64,000 bases of DNA from Planctomycetota bacterium (GTDB lineage: Bacteria > Planctomycetota > PLA2 > JAEUHO01): positions 2,144,001 through 2,208,000 of the forward strand of contig CBDCTJ010000007.1 of assembly GCA_965222115.1 (NCBI GenBank), given 5' to 3'. How positions within the stretch are numbered: the first letter of the stretch is position 1; each line of letters begins with the position of its first letter. This document shows positions 50,117-60,180 of this stretch, piece by piece. Below the pieces are notes generated by a model. It saw only the letters and a program-made list of their open reading frames with translations. It was not told the origin of the DNA and searched no databases. Made by a program: the position numbers and the translations under genes.

Positions 50117-52378
50117 ATGAAGCTTCAGTCATGCCCTAAATGCCAAGCGCAATTCGATGTATCTGAATTTCCGCGCGGCCACCAGTTTGCTTGTGGGGCT
50201 TGCGGACACGTGATCACGGCACACGCAACGGCTAGGCCGCAAGCGGCAGGTACTGCTCGCTCACGTGCGCCAAAGGGCAGAGCGCCTGCAGGTAGAGCGC
50301 CTACAGGTCGCACGAGCGGAAGTGGGCGCGCACCACGCGGCGGCACGGCCCGTAGTTCGTCGCGTGGATCGGCATCCGGTCGTGTGCCCGGTTCAGGGTC
50401 GGCAAGACGTGCGCCGTCAGGCGGCTCGCCCGCGAGAGGCAACCGTGGACCACAGTTTCAGCCGCGTCAGCGGGGCGGCAGTACGAAAGCGGGCGCACCC
50501 GCGCGTCGCGCGGCAAGCGGCGCCACTGCCACACGCGCAACGTCGCGGCGACGAGGCAGAGGCGGCGACGATGACTACGCGTCAAGTCGAGGACGCGATC
50601 GAGGTCGTCGCGCATCGTCGGGACCGAATAAGGCGTTGTTGTTTGGCGGCTTGGCAGCGGTTGTCCTTGCAGGTGTGTTGCTAGCCGTACTCGGTGGCGA
50701 CAAGGGTGAGGGCCAGGGCGACACCAGTGGTACCAATCAAGCCGGCACTTCGCCCAATGGCGGCGGCACGGCTGTCGTAGCGGAAACTCCCAAAGAAACC
50801 ATCCGCGACGTCATGGCCGACTTTGGCACCGCGTCGATGGTCACCAAGAAGAAGTTCCAGGACGTGATCGCCCGCGTGAAAGCGGCTTCGGGCGACGAAC
50901 AAGGCCGCAAGAATGCCCTCAATAAGGTCTACAGTGAGTTCATTAAGGGCCCGGGATTCGATGACGATGAAGCCCGCGCGGCGCTTGGGTATATGAAGTT
51001 TGACTACGAAGTCAATATCGACATCGAAGACCACGACATGGACTACATCCGCGGCGCCCTGGCCGCATCCAAGCGCAAGTGGTTCCCGCCCGAAGACAAA
51101 GAGGCCTACCAGCAAGCCTTGGAAGCCAAGCGTAAGACGGAGTTGCACGAAGAGCGTTACGGCAACGAGCGCCTCTTTCGACTGGGCATCGATACCCGCA
51201 ACGACATTGCGACCAACTCCGAATTCAAGGAATATCACTTTGCAAGCGAGTGGAAGGCGCCGTTTATGGTGTGCTACGCCTCCAAAGAGCGCGTTTCGGA
51301 ATACGACCTCCTGTCCATTGAAGATCCGGCCGAACGCAAAGCCAAAGCCGAGGAGCTTCGTCGCAAGCGCAAGGCGTGGGAGCCCTTCCTGAAGGAGAAG
51401 GCGACCATTCTTAAAGACCTGTATGACGAGTGGTTGAATCGCTTTAAGGAACCACTGCGTCTCAAGGACCTAGCCAGCGCCTATGGCGGACGCGACGATC
51501 TAAAGCCCGGCAAGCGCTCCTACACCGATGGATGCCCGCTTGTCGTCTGGATCTTTTCGGACAAGGCCGCCTTTGATGATTATCACAAGAAGGAAGGGGT
51601 GGATTTGCCACCCGGCGTTGCTGGCTACTTCTCGCCCAAGACGGGCTGGGTGTATCTCTTCGACGAAGAGGACAGTAAGGAGGCCCGTCGCTTCGAGGTC
51701 AACAAGAACGTGCACGAAGGCGTACACCAACTTGAGTATTGGTTCACGCGACAACGTTTGGAGTGGGGCTATCCGCCACACGGCCAAGACTTCTTTGGTG
51801 AAGGCATCGCCGAGTGGCTGGGCGCCGTCAAGATGGGCGCGGATCGAAAGCTGGAATACATCGACGTCAATCTGACGCGGCTTTCGAGCATGAAACAGAC
51901 GCAACGGATCTTCAAGGAACAATATAAGAAGGACTACCCCATCTTTCCGCTTGAGAACTTGAGTTCCTTCGGGTCCTACGCCCAGGCACAGAACTGGGGC
52001 GCCGCCAAGTGGGGTGTGTCGCAACAATTTGTGATGGGCATCTTTTATGAGCAATCGTGGGCCGCGGTGTACTTCCTCACGGAATATGAAAATGGCAAGT
52101 ACCGCAAGCGCTTCGATAAGATGTTTGATTTGATCCTGCATGGCTTTGGTGGGCGCAAGACGGGCCAAGCATTCCGCGAGGCATTTGGGATCGAAGACGA
52201 AGAAGATTGGGAAGAAATCGAAGAGGAGTGGACGGACTACATCAACGACGTACTGTTGAAAATGCCGACCGCCCCCTACAAGTACGACCCACCCGATCGC
52301 CGCGATACCGGTTGGTATAAGAACAAAAACTCAAACAAGAACAGCGCCGGCGGCACGACGGTGAAGAAGGACAATTAG
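50117..52378 (+). CDS. Zn-ribbon + disordered linker + TM + gluzincin (DUF1570-like) protein
   Basis: CPKC...CGAC; R/G/S/A-rich linker; TM segment; VAGYFSP, VHEGVHQ...EGIAEW, YEQSWAAVYFL. Confidence 0.85.
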   Translation: MKLQSCPKCQAQFDVSEFPRGHQFACGACGHVITAHATARPQAAGTARSRAPKGRAPAGRAPTGRTSGSGRAPRGGTARSSSRGSASGRVPGSGSARRAPSGGSPARGNRGPQFQPRQRGGSTKAGAPARRAASGATATRATSRRRGRGGDDDYASSRGRDRGRRASSGPNKALLFGGLAAVVLAGVLLAVLGGDKGEGQGDTSGTNQAGTSPNGGGTAVVAETPKETIRDVMADFGTASMVTKKKFQDVIARVKAASGDEQGRKNALNKVYSEFIKGPGFDDDEARAALGYMKFDYEVNIDIEDHDMDYIRGALAASKRKWFPPEDKEAYQQALEAKRKTELHEERYGNERLFRLGIDTRNDIATNSEFKEYHFASEWKAPFMVCYASKERVSEYDLLSIEDPAERKAKAEELRRKRKAWEPFLKEKATILKDLYDEWLNRFKEPLRLKDLASAYGGRDDLKPGKRSYTDGCPLVVWIFSDKAAFDDYHKKEGVDLPPGVAGYFSPKTGWVYLFDEEDSKEARRFEVNKNVHEGVHQLEYWFTRQRLEWGYPPHGQDFFGEGIAEWLGAVKMGADRKLEYIDVNLTRLSSMKQTQRIFKEQYKKDYPIFPLENLSSFGSYAQAQNWGAAKWGVSQQFVMGIFYEQSWAAVYFLTEYENGKYRKRFDKMFDLILHGFGGRKTGQAFREAFGIEDEEDWEEIEEEWTDYINDVLLKMPTAPYKYDPPDRRDTGWYKNKNSNKNSAGGTTVKKDN

Positions 52379-52543
52379 CGCCACGCCGTTGCGTTTGCAC
52401 CCTGACCTAGGAGCGCGTCTCCGAGAGGGTTGTGGTTGAACCGCTCAGGACGAACGTCGTTTCGTCATAGTGGGCGTTGGGTCCGCGGCCTTGTGGGCGC
52501 GTGCGGACAACGGGTCCCTTGCTCGCGGTAGAACGGTCCTTCC

Positions 52544-54940
52544 ATGATGAACTCCGTACCGTCTTCTGATTCAGGTACGCCCAGCTCGAAACCACGCAGC
52601 CAAGGGTCCTCTGGCGACTATCCGGCGCGATCCACCGGCACCGACACCACCAATGGATGGGGTGTCTCGCGGTGGTGGGTCGTGGCATTGATCCTCGGCT
52701 TGGTTGTGGCCGCGGCGCACGGTCGCGCGGTTCGTGATGCGTGGTTGCTTGATGACGTTCGACTCGTCCGCGGCGCCCCGTCCATCGTTGCGGGTGCATC
52801 AGGTATCACTGACTTGATGGCACGGCCTACGCCCGCCGGCGTATTCGAACCCGCGACCTACCGACCGCTTGCCATGACGAGCCTAGCGCTTAACCGTGCA
52901 GTCAACCGCGATGTGCCGGTAGACAGCAAAGGCACTTGGATCTACGTGATCAATCTTGTGCTTTACACGCTCTGTGGCCTTGTGCTTGCCCTCTTGCTCT
53001 ATCGCGTGCTCAGATTCAGGCAGCCGGTATACGAACACGCGGGACGCCATGTTGCGATAGCCGTCGTGAGTGCGATTGTGTTCCTTGCTCATCCACTGAT
53101 TGCTGAACCCTTGAGTCGCGCTGTGGGTCGCGCGGATGTTCTTGCAGCGCTATTCGTCCTGCTCTCACTGTTCTTGTGGCAGCGCGTCCGCAGTGGTGAA
53201 ATCGCGTGGCTCCCCGTACTGGCGCTTTCCTGGTTTGCGGCACTCCTTAGTCACGAAGCCGTGTTGCTGCTTCCGGTCGCGGTACTGCTCTTGGATCCGT
53301 GGTTGGCACCGCGGGCCGCGAAAGGGCCCTGGCTAGAAGCCATGGTGTATTTGCTTCCCACGATTCTGTATTTCCTCATGGGCGGCATGGTTCCGCGCAC
53401 ATTACCTGGAATTGCAGAGGCACCTTGGATCGATCACCTGCTCGTTGGCGTTGACGGCTGGTGGACCAATGTGCTGTCGTGGTGGGTTCCATCCCGTGTT
53501 CCGGTGGATGCCAGCCATGCCTTGCCCATCGCCAGCCACCCCGTGTACTCGTATGGGGCCATTGCTTGCGGCGCAGCCATCGCACTTATCGCGCTGCTAG
53601 GGTTGACATTGTCAAGATCGTCTAAGGTGGCGGCGCGCATTCGATTCGCGCTCGGTGTCGCGGTGTGGGGCGTTGCGGTGGCGTGTTGCATGCCTACGGG
53701 CGCCGCGCACGGTCCTCGATTCGCCATGCTCGGCCTCTTACCGCTTGCCGCAGTTGTTGCGGGTCTCCTCGCAGCCTGCGCGGGCTCGGCGCGGCGCCCT
53801 TGGGTAGTTGTCGTCCCAGTTGCTCTTGTCGTGGCTTCGCTCGTTTGGTTGTCACGCAATCAGCATGCAGCCTTTGCAAACGATGCGAGCACGATGACCT
53901 ACGTACTCGAAGAGGATCCGCTTGAGACGGGTGCGATCGCACGTTTGGTCCGCCATCACCGACTGGCCGCCAACGAGACGCGCAACGCCATGAGCGAATT
54001 GTCCATCGTTGCCCGTCCTTCCCGGGACACGCGGAAAAATCCATTGATGCCGTTTGAGGAAGGCTATGCCCGGCAACAGCTTGAAACCGAGTTGCGTCAC
54101 CACGTTACGCAGGCACGTGCGTGGGCGAAACATCTGGAACGCGTTCCAGAGGCCAACGAGTTGCCCGACATGGTTCGTGAACGCGGTCTGCTCATGCTCG
54201 AACGCTCTCGAACTGCAGAAGCGTTGCAACTGCTCAAGCGCGCCGCAACACTCGATCCGTTACTAAAGCAAAGTAAGGGGCGTATCCAAGCCGCGGTAGG
54301 CACACCGCGCGCAAGGCTGACGGCGGAAATGCTGCGCGGTATCGGGCGTTGCCACGTGGCGTTGGGGCAGGGCAAAGACGCGATCGAGCCCTATTCGTTT
54401 GCCGTCGAATTGGATCCCACCTCGGTTCGCGGCTTGTTGGAAGCCGGAGCCGCGCTCGTCAAGCACGGCGCTGTACAGAAAGGGCTGGACGCATTTGAGC
54501 AGGCCCGCCGCAGCGCCAAGACCCCAGCGGAACGTGGTCGCATCCAAGAACGCATTCGCCTCCAACGCACGTCTGCACGCGTGGCCGCGCGTGTTGAGTT
54601 GAACCTAGGAACACGTGCCGTCGACAAAGGGGACCAGAAGGACGCGCTGCTCCACTTCAAACGCGCGATTGAAATCGATCCAACCTATCCCAAGGCACTA
54701 CTCGAGGCCGGTTGGATTACTGGACATTGGTTTGGCAAGTACCAAGAGGCGCATGCCCTTCTCGATCGAGCCGAGTCATTGCTCGTCAAGGACGGTTCTC
54801 CTACCGCCATGAAGCAACTCGACAGCGTTCGCGAACGTCGTGCCCTCTTGATTGACCAAAAGCGCGAGGAAGATGCCGAGGAGCGGCGCGAAATCGAACG
54901 CGAGTCTCGCAATGCGTCGGATTCGGACAAAAACAAGTAA
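52544..54940 (+). CDS. TMTC-like GT-C membrane glycosyltransferase with C-terminal TPRs
   Basis: LLDD, YRPL, INLVL, HPLIAEP...GRADVL; many TM segments; TPRs (AVELDP, AIEIDP). Confidence 0.78.
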   Translation: MMNSVPSSDSGTPSSKPRSQGSSGDYPARSTGTDTTNGWGVSRWWVVALILGLVVAAAHGRAVRDAWLLDDVRLVRGAPSIVAGASGITDLMARPTPAGVFEPATYRPLAMTSLALNRAVNRDVPVDSKGTWIYVINLVLYTLCGLVLALLLYRVLRFRQPVYEHAGRHVAIAVVSAIVFLAHPLIAEPLSRAVGRADVLAALFVLLSLFLWQRVRSGEIAWLPVLALSWFAALLSHEAVLLLPVAVLLLDPWLAPRAAKGPWLEAMVYLLPTILYFLMGGMVPRTLPGIAEAPWIDHLLVGVDGWWTNVLSWWVPSRVPVDASHALPIASHPVYSYGAIACGAAIALIALLGLTLSRSSKVAARIRFALGVAVWGVAVACCMPTGAAHGPRFAMLGLLPLAAVVAGLLAACAGSARRPWVVVVPVALVVASLVWLSRNQHAAFANDASTMTYVLEEDPLETGAIARLVRHHRLAANETRNAMSELSIVARPSRDTRKNPLMPFEEGYARQQLETELRHHVTQARAWAKHLERVPEANELPDMVRERGLLMLERSRTAEALQLLKRAATLDPLLKQSKGRIQAAVGTPRARLTAEMLRGIGRCHVALGQGKDAIEPYSFAVELDPTSVRGLLEAGAALVKHGAVQKGLDAFEQARRSAKTPAERGRIQERIRLQRTSARVAARVELNLGTRAVDKGDQKDALLHFKRAIEIDPTYPKALLEAGWITGHWFGKYQEAHALLDRAESLLVKDGSPTAMKQLDSVRERRALLIDQKREEDAEERREIERESRNASDSDKNK

Positions 54941-54950
54941 CGCTTCGTTG

Positions 54951-55376
54951 CTAGTTGGAATCTTCGTCGTCTTCGACGATCTCGTCCGGACGCAACGAAG
55001 GCGGCAACGCATCGGCCATGGCGCGAATTGAGTCCTCGTCCCCAATGGCGTTGTAGCACTGTCGGGCATCGATGATGCGCCCACGCTCGATCGCGCGTTT
55101 GGCGCACGAACGAAATTGTTCGTCAGAAACCGGCACGCCGATGCGTTTCACACTGAGCAAATGAAAACTGTCGCCTTCTCGAAGTGCCCAGTCGATCTCG
55201 GCGGGTGCGTCGAGCGCGTCCAGGTGCCGTTCGAACAGCAACAGGGCCTCGGAGTGTCGTCCCGCAGCGCGCAATGCGTCGGCCACGGCCTGTCGCCTTT
55301 TGGGATCGTCTTGTTCGCCGTACTTGAGCTCTCGCATCTGAAGTGCATGCGGTATTGAGGCGTTTCGACGTGCCAT
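54951..55376 (-). CDS. Hypothetical helical protein
   Basis: Protein-like composition; fills the gap between the TPR gene and the HU gene; start uncertain. Confidence 0.65.
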   Translation of the reverse strand: MARRNASIPHALQMRELKYGEQDDPKRRQAVADALRAAGRHSEALLLFERHLDALDAPAEIDWALREGDSFHLLSVKRIGVPVSDEQFRSCAKRAIERGRIIDARQCYNAIGDEDSIRAMADALPPSLRPDEIVEDDEDSN

Positions 55377-55621
55377 GATGAGTGAACCCTCGAGGTCGAG
55401 CCGCACGGGCCGACTCACATGAGGGTGCCAGCCAATTCCTGGTCCGGGGGAAGATTTCCGTCTCGATACCTGTCCAGGTTAGCGGCCCGGTGCGTCAGAA
55501 GTGAACCAATGGGCCCCTTTGACACATCGCCCTACGGACGTAAACTGGTGCCAGATAACGATCTAGGGCGTTCGACGGTCTCGGCTTGGACGAGTGACGG
55601 GCAGTCGAACCCGGAGTCGCC

Positions 55622-56194
55622 ATGGTTCCTCCTCTTCCCCCCGATTCCTCCAGCCGCGGCCCTTCCAATCAAGAAGAATCTCATCAAGAAGAAGGTCCGC
55701 ACGGGCAGGGGGGCTCTAGCGACCGCGGTCACCCCCCACCAGCGGACACGGCGAGCCCGTCCGATGGCAAACCAAGCACGTCGCCCGCTTCGCGTTCGTC
55801 GCGAACGATTACGAAGAAGGAACTCGTGGCACGCATTGCTGACCGCACGGGTCAAACCAAAGTGGTGGCCAAGGACGTGATCCAGCTCTTTCTCGACGAG
55901 ATTGTGCGCGAACTCTCGATGGGCAACCGTCTTGAGTTTCGCGAGTTTGGTGTGTTTGAGGTCAAGGAGCGCGCCCCGCGGCTGGCGCAAAATCCTGTGA
56001 CGCTAGAGAAGGTGCAGGTTCCGGCAAAGAAAGTCGTCAAATTCAAAGTCGGGCGGCTCATGCGCCTGCGTGTTGCGGAGGGCGCGCCTGCGGCGAAGGA
56101 AGTTTCGGTCGATCGTGACTCGAATGGCAGTGACGCGCCGAATGCATCCTCCGATTCCCCCTCCAATGCGATGCCCGGAAATTCAAAGGAGTAG
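55622..56194 (+). CDS. HU/IHF family DNA-binding protein with disordered extensions
   Basis: TITKKELVARIA...RLEFREFGVFEV...AQNPVTLEKVQVPAKKVVKFKVG; GGAG SD. Confidence 0.92.
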   Translation: MVPPLPPDSSSRGPSNQEESHQEEGPHGQGGSSDRGHPPPADTASPSDGKPSTSPASRSSRTITKKELVARIADRTGQTKVVAKDVIQLFLDEIVRELSMGNRLEFREFGVFEVKERAPRLAQNPVTLEKVQVPAKKVVKFKVGRLMRLRVAEGAPAAKEVSVDRDSNGSDAPNASSDSPSNAMPGNSKE

Positions 56195-56389
56195 CACCCC
56201 GTTCAAACGATCCGAGTCCTCGCTTCGTGCCCCGCGTGGCGTCGCGATGTTCGATTTCGTTTCCGTTTCGAATAGAGCACGGCGACCTGCGGCGCTCGTA
56301 CACGTTGGTAGGTGTGGAGCATCGCCGAGGCCGCGTATGGATACGCCGCGTAGCCTGAGCAATTTCGCCCGAGTCGTAGAAAGGTCGTT

Positions 56390-57595
56390 ATGGAAATCCG
56401 TTTCTGCACCATTTGCAATGAGTCGATTCCCGACACCGATTTTGAGGCAAGCCGCGCCTTCGTAGCTGGCGGCAAGAGTCAGCATGTTGCGTGCGCCATG
56501 ACGCAAGCCACTGAGCGAAAGGGGACGCGTTCGTGGTTACCATTGTTGTTAGGACTCTATGCCGCAGGTGTCGCCACCTATTTGTTGGTGGGGCACCTCC
56601 AGGCCAAGAACGCGCCCAAGGAGGATGTGCCAAAGGTTAGCGAGGCCGTGGAATCTCGTATTCAGACCGTGACCAAGCAATACGTGGATGCATCCGAACG
56701 ACGGAGCATGGAGCTTGGAAAGGAGCGCCTCGGTGCCTTGGAAACCTCTTTAACTGAGGATTTCGAGGCGCGCCTGTCGGGCGAGTGGAAAGACCGCCTT
56801 GGTAAAGAATTCAAGGCGGGCGAAAAGCGCGTGCAAGACCTACAAATCGCAGTGGACAAGCGAACGGGTGCGTTAGAAACGCGTTCGACCGCGCTAGAAA
56901 CCGAAATGGCGCGACTGGACGGCTGGATTCGTCAACTTCAAGAGCAGGCTCGGCAACTGGCAATGGCCGGCGCGAGCAGAAAGTCGGATGACGACGGCAA
57001 GGGAGATGACCCGCAGCCGACACCGGAGAACGGCGGTTCGGATTCGCCCAAACTTACGCCCGCGCAGGCGGCGGCCGAGGCCAATGCGCTTCGCAAGGCC
57101 GTGTCGCTTCATATCGATCTGCTCGAGGACACCGATGAGGACCTTGCCTATACGGGCACAACGGAACTCGCCCGGATTCCGGTATTGCGTGGTGGGGGGC
57201 AGGATTACCTCGATCTCTTGAAAGAGTGGAAGCTTAATCTATCTGCACCACCCAATGCCACGCTCGTGGCTCAGTTGGAGCGCGAGGCCGGTGCGGCGCT
57301 GCTCAAGACGCTGAAGGCGACAAAGAAGGGTAAGTGGCTTCGGTTGGGATCGGCTGTGGCGTTGGGTGAACTGCGCCATGCCGATGCGGTACCTACACTC
57401 ATCGATGTCTTGCAGGACAAAAAGGAATCGCTACGCGCAGCGTCCGGCGAAGCCTTGCACAAGATTACCGGCCAGAGTTTCGATTTCGACGCCGCCATGC
57501 AAAAGCAAGAGCGTCGCAATGTTCAACGCAAGTACGAAGCGTGGTGGAAAGCCAATGAAGAGAGCGTTCGTACCCGGTTGCAACAGCCCAAGTAG
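56390..57595 (+). CDS. Zn-finger-like N-terminus + TM + coiled coil + HEAT protein
   Basis: CTIC...HVAC; TM segment; heptad region; ALGELRHADAVPTLIDVLQD...ALHKITGQSF. Confidence 0.82.
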   Translation: MEIRFCTICNESIPDTDFEASRAFVAGGKSQHVACAMTQATERKGTRSWLPLLLGLYAAGVATYLLVGHLQAKNAPKEDVPKVSEAVESRIQTVTKQYVDASERRSMELGKERLGALETSLTEDFEARLSGEWKDRLGKEFKAGEKRVQDLQIAVDKRTGALETRSTALETEMARLDGWIRQLQEQARQLAMAGASRKSDDDGKGDDPQPTPENGGSDSPKLTPAQAAAEANALRKAVSLHIDLLEDTDEDLAYTGTTELARIPVLRGGGQDYLDLLKEWKLNLSAPPNATLVAQLEREAGAALLKTLKATKKGKWLRLGSAVALGELRHADAVPTLIDVLQDKKESLRAASGEALHKITGQSFDFDAAMQKQERRNVQRKYEAWWKANEESVRTRLQQPK

Positions 57596-57615
57596 GTTAG
57601 GTCAACCGACAAGCC

Positions 57616-57762
57616 ATGCATGATGGTGCCCCTGAATCGCCGTCTCGCCGAGTCGCGACTTCCTGCTCGCGGCGGAAGGCACTCAAATTCTGGATTACGC
57701 TCGTGTTGGCCGCGATCGCATCACTGCTCGTCTTGCGGATGGTCACATCGGGACCGAGCTAG
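57616..57762 (+). CDS. Possible 48-aa membrane peptide or truncated gene start
   Basis: MHDGAPESPSRRVATSCSRRKALKFWITLVLAAIASLLVLRMVTSGPS*; basic patch then TM helix; below ORF-track cutoff. Confidence 0.35.
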   Translation: MHDGAPESPSRRVATSCSRRKALKFWITLVLAAIASLLVLRMVTSGPS

Positions 57763-57990
57763 CAGTTCATGAATAATCCGGGCTAGGAACCACCACGTCA
57801 ATCGCTTTGCGTTTCACCCTGTGGGATCCACATGACCGCCGAAACACGTTCCTGCGAGCATGCCGCAGCCGCTCCATGGGGTCGTTGCCCTATGAATTTG
57901 GTAGTCTTAGCGCCCGCACTTTGAGGGGGATGGTTGATGGCCGGGCCGACCGGCCGCCTCATTCATCCTCACGATTTCGGAGCCGAGTAC

Positions 57991-60072
57991 ATGCGACGAG
58001 CCTCACCCTCATCCCTCCATTTGCCGCAAACATTGCAGACGCGAACGTTTCAGACAATGATCCACGTCGGTCTTGTCGCACTTCTTGGATCGGTGCTATT
58101 GTCCGGATCGCGCATCGAAGCGAAAGATGGGTCGTCGGCGACCGCGCTCAATTTTAGCGCCACGGGTTATGCGGTGCTCGACCCCTCGCACCTCAGCCTC
58201 TACAGAATAAATGATGAACGGCTCATGCACGGCATCCTCGAATGCTTGACCGTCATCGACCCCGAATCAGGCAAGGCCAAGCCAGCCGCAGCGGAATCGT
58301 GGACGCTGGCTGCCGATCGCCGCACATGGACATTCCATCTGCGTAAGAATGCTGTGTGGAGCGATGGCTCGCCCGTGACCACCGAAGATTTTTTGCGCTC
58401 GTGGACTCGTACGCTCTACAGCATGGAAAAGTCGCCGTGGCGATACTTGTTTCGCCCCATCAAAGGATGCAGCGCCATCCTGGATCAGGGCGCGAAGGCA
58501 AAGGCACTCAGTCGATTGCGTTCCAAGCTTAAAACGCTCAAGAATCAGTTCAGTGGCAAAGAGGCAATTCCCGGGGAACGAATCAATAGCGAAATCGATA
58601 ACTTGGGCGTTCGACCGCATCTACGAGGGTTCAAGTCCAAGGCCGTGCGCAAGCTCGCCAAGTTGGGCGAAGGTGACACCTACTCATTAGAGTCCATTGA
58701 TCCGGCACGCGATGCGCTCAAGAAGCTAAGTAAGACGCTGAAGCTCGCATCGCGTGAGGCTTATGCCGCGTTTGGGAAGACGCAAGGCGTGGTTGCCAAA
58801 GACAAGTACACCTTCGAGATCACTACCGAGTGGTATTGCCCGTCGCTACCCGATCTCTTGTCTCGCGCCGCGTTTGCGCCTCTCCATAAGGGGTATGCCG
58901 ATAAACGTTCCAAGTTCTTTCAACCCGAAAACTACGTGTGCAATGGTCCCTATACGCTTGCGGGTCGCGGTGCCGAAAAGAAGAATCCTGATAGCGACTT
59001 CGACATTTTGTCGGTCGTAGAACTCACGAAGAACCCCAAGTACAACGGGCCATGGTTGGCCAAGCTCGGGCGCGTGATGTGCCTCACCGACCAGAAATAC
59101 GAAGATGACCATGTTGAGTTTAGCAATGGCAAGCTCGACTGGGTGCCGTGTGACGCTCGCGAATATCCAAACGTTGGCGATAAGAAGAAGCCCGAAACGA
59201 ACGAGCGAAAGAGAATCGTGGGCACAAAGGGGTTTACGACGTACGAGACGCCAACCACGGTGTACTTGCAGTTTCGCTGCGATCGCGCGCCCTTTGACAA
59301 GAAGGACGCGCGCGAGGCGTTTGCGGCCGCAGTTGACCGCGCCGCCGTTGCGAAACAGTACTGGCCCGTCGCCACACCCGCCACGCGCATCGTTCCCCCC
59401 AACGTATTCGGCCGTCACGATGCCGTCGTGGGGCCGAGCGTAAATGCATCGCGCGCGAAGTCGGTGTTCTCTAAACTGGGCTTTACCGTCGATACTTGGT
59501 TCGAACTTAAGTACTACGAAGGCGCAGGCAACGCGGAGGCGATTAGCCACTGCATCCAGCATTGGAAGAACCTGTTTAAGGTCATCGATCCGGGAAGCAC
59601 CATCGTCTCGTATCCGGATATACAGAGCGCGCTTCGATCGGGTGACTACTACTGCATGCTTGTTACCAATCGCGGCACCGTGAACGACGCCTTCGCGTAC
59701 CTCGGTGGATTTCATTCAAAGAATGCCGACAGTGGGCTCGGCTGGTATGACGAGACCTTCGACGCCCTGATCGATGGTGCGCGCAACCCAGATACCATCG
59801 CGGCCGATGCCGAGGCCTATGTACAACGCATCGGTATGCCAGAGCTCAAGTCCTTGGTGTCTGCGGCCTCGGGCTCTGAAGAGGCGGCCAACGCCCTCCG
59901 AACACGCCTCTTGGGCGAAGCCGAGAAGCGGCTGATGAGCGAATATGTGATCGTTCCCTTGGTCTATCTCAAGGAGGCGGCGCTGGTCGGCAACATCAAG
60001 GGCGGCACAAGTCCCGCCGCCCGAAGCAATCCCGCCTTTCCCGGCGTCTATTTGCCAGCAGTAGCCAAGTAA
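57991..60072 (+). CDS. Oligopeptide ABC substrate-binding protein (family 5), divergent copy; start uncertain
   Basis: PAAAESW...WTFHLRKNAVWSDGSPVTTEDF, VCNGPY, PFDKKDAREAF, EAEKRL...IVPL. Confidence 0.85.
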   Translation: MRRASPSSLHLPQTLQTRTFQTMIHVGLVALLGSVLLSGSRIEAKDGSSATALNFSATGYAVLDPSHLSLYRINDERLMHGILECLTVIDPESGKAKPAAAESWTLAADRRTWTFHLRKNAVWSDGSPVTTEDFLRSWTRTLYSMEKSPWRYLFRPIKGCSAILDQGAKAKALSRLRSKLKTLKNQFSGKEAIPGERINSEIDNLGVRPHLRGFKSKAVRKLAKLGEGDTYSLESIDPARDALKKLSKTLKLASREAYAAFGKTQGVVAKDKYTFEITTEWYCPSLPDLLSRAAFAPLHKGYADKRSKFFQPENYVCNGPYTLAGRGAEKKNPDSDFDILSVVELTKNPKYNGPWLAKLGRVMCLTDQKYEDDHVEFSNGKLDWVPCDAREYPNVGDKKKPETNERKRIVGTKGFTTYETPTTVYLQFRCDRAPFDKKDAREAFAAAVDRAAVAKQYWPVATPATRIVPPNVFGRHDAVVGPSVNASRAKSVFSKLGFTVDTWFELKYYEGAGNAEAISHCIQHWKNLFKVIDPGSTIVSYPDIQSALRSGDYYCMLVTNRGTVNDAFAYLGGFHSKNADSGLGWYDETFDALIDGARNPDTIAADAEAYVQRIGMPELKSLVSAASGSEEAANALRTRLLGEAEKRLMSEYVIVPLVYLKEAALVGNIKGGTSPAARSNPAFPGVYLPAVAK

Positions 60073-60180
60073 CGCGCCCATGTCTGTGGACCGTTTGGCC
60101 ACGCGTTCGAACCAACGTTCGACCATACGCACGACTTCGACGGGACGAACACTCTCGCTACGATAGGCCCGGGAGGCGGC

